Positions 63,601 through 64,000 of a DNA stretch of 64,000 nt are shown here, piece by piece (within the stretch, counting starts at the first letter, position 1; every line of letters begins with the position of its first letter). The position numbers and the translations under genes are program-made. The stretch is from Zygnema circumcarinatum SAG 698-1b. Lineage: Eukaryota > Plantae > Zygnematophyceae. The stretch lies in contig CM074819.1 of NCBI GenBank assembly GCA_037447605.1, forward strand, positions 186,001 to 250,000, written 5' to 3'. A model generated the notes under the pieces. The model was not told the DNA's origin. It searched no databases and saw only the letters and a list, made by a program, of their open reading frames with translations.

Positions 63601-64000
63601 CTGCCAAAAATGACCACAAGACATATTTTGTCATATAAAAATCCCTCCCTTTCCTTCATTCCACCCTCTCTCCCTCCTCTGTCCTTCAATCTGACCATCC
63701 CCCACACCACCCCCTCTCTGCAACCGATCAGAATGCAGAAGCCAGGTACAGGTGCCAAAAATGATAGGTTATTATGCTGACTTAAGCAAACATGCAGCGG
63801 AGTTTTTGTATCACCACGCTAAGGCCTCTCACTCAACTCTCCTCTCCATACCTTGTTCATTTTTGCACCTCACTTCCACCTCCCTCCCAACTCCTCTAGC
63901 CCGTCCCTCTGTCCCTACCCCTGTCTGAGAAACTATCTGTAAACTGAGAAGTCTGTACATGTGACTGCTAGAATAAACCACATAGTATGAGCTTTAGAAG

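Overview
This is eukaryotic DNA from a green plant, not a prokaryote. Evidence: GT-AG introns, tRNA-iMet-primed LTR retrotransposons and a HIP-type aquaporin suggest a streptophyte alga or bryophyte/lycophyte-grade plant; the species cannot be fixed from the sequence. The assembly is a draft with about 11 N-gaps, gap-flanked duplications and locally noisy sequence. 1-15 kb is a nest of Ty1/copia and Ty3/gypsy elements inside DNA-transposon-like repeats. 16-64 kb holds spliced host genes: an orphan membrane ORF, a HIP aquaporin, a degenerate MSP1/ATAD1-like AAA protein, a DHHC S-acyltransferase, a DNAJB12/14-like J protein, TOUGH (G-patch/SURP) and KU70. These are interspersed with two hAT transposases, a TRIM/solo-LTR composite, MITEs and very long GA/CT microsatellites. 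Most notable: (1) a ~300-bp inverted duplication over the last intron, stop codon and 3'UTR of the small-RNA biogenesis gene TOUGH; (2) a mini LTR element (TRIM) with a tRNA-like LTR, joined head-to-tail to a gypsy LTR and inserted under one 5-bp TSD; (3) an intron-conserved, apparently open MSP1-like gene with a dead Walker B; (4) a tandem ABRE+RY array upstream of the orphan ORF. All homology calls are from motif recognition and remembered family sequences. No database search was run.
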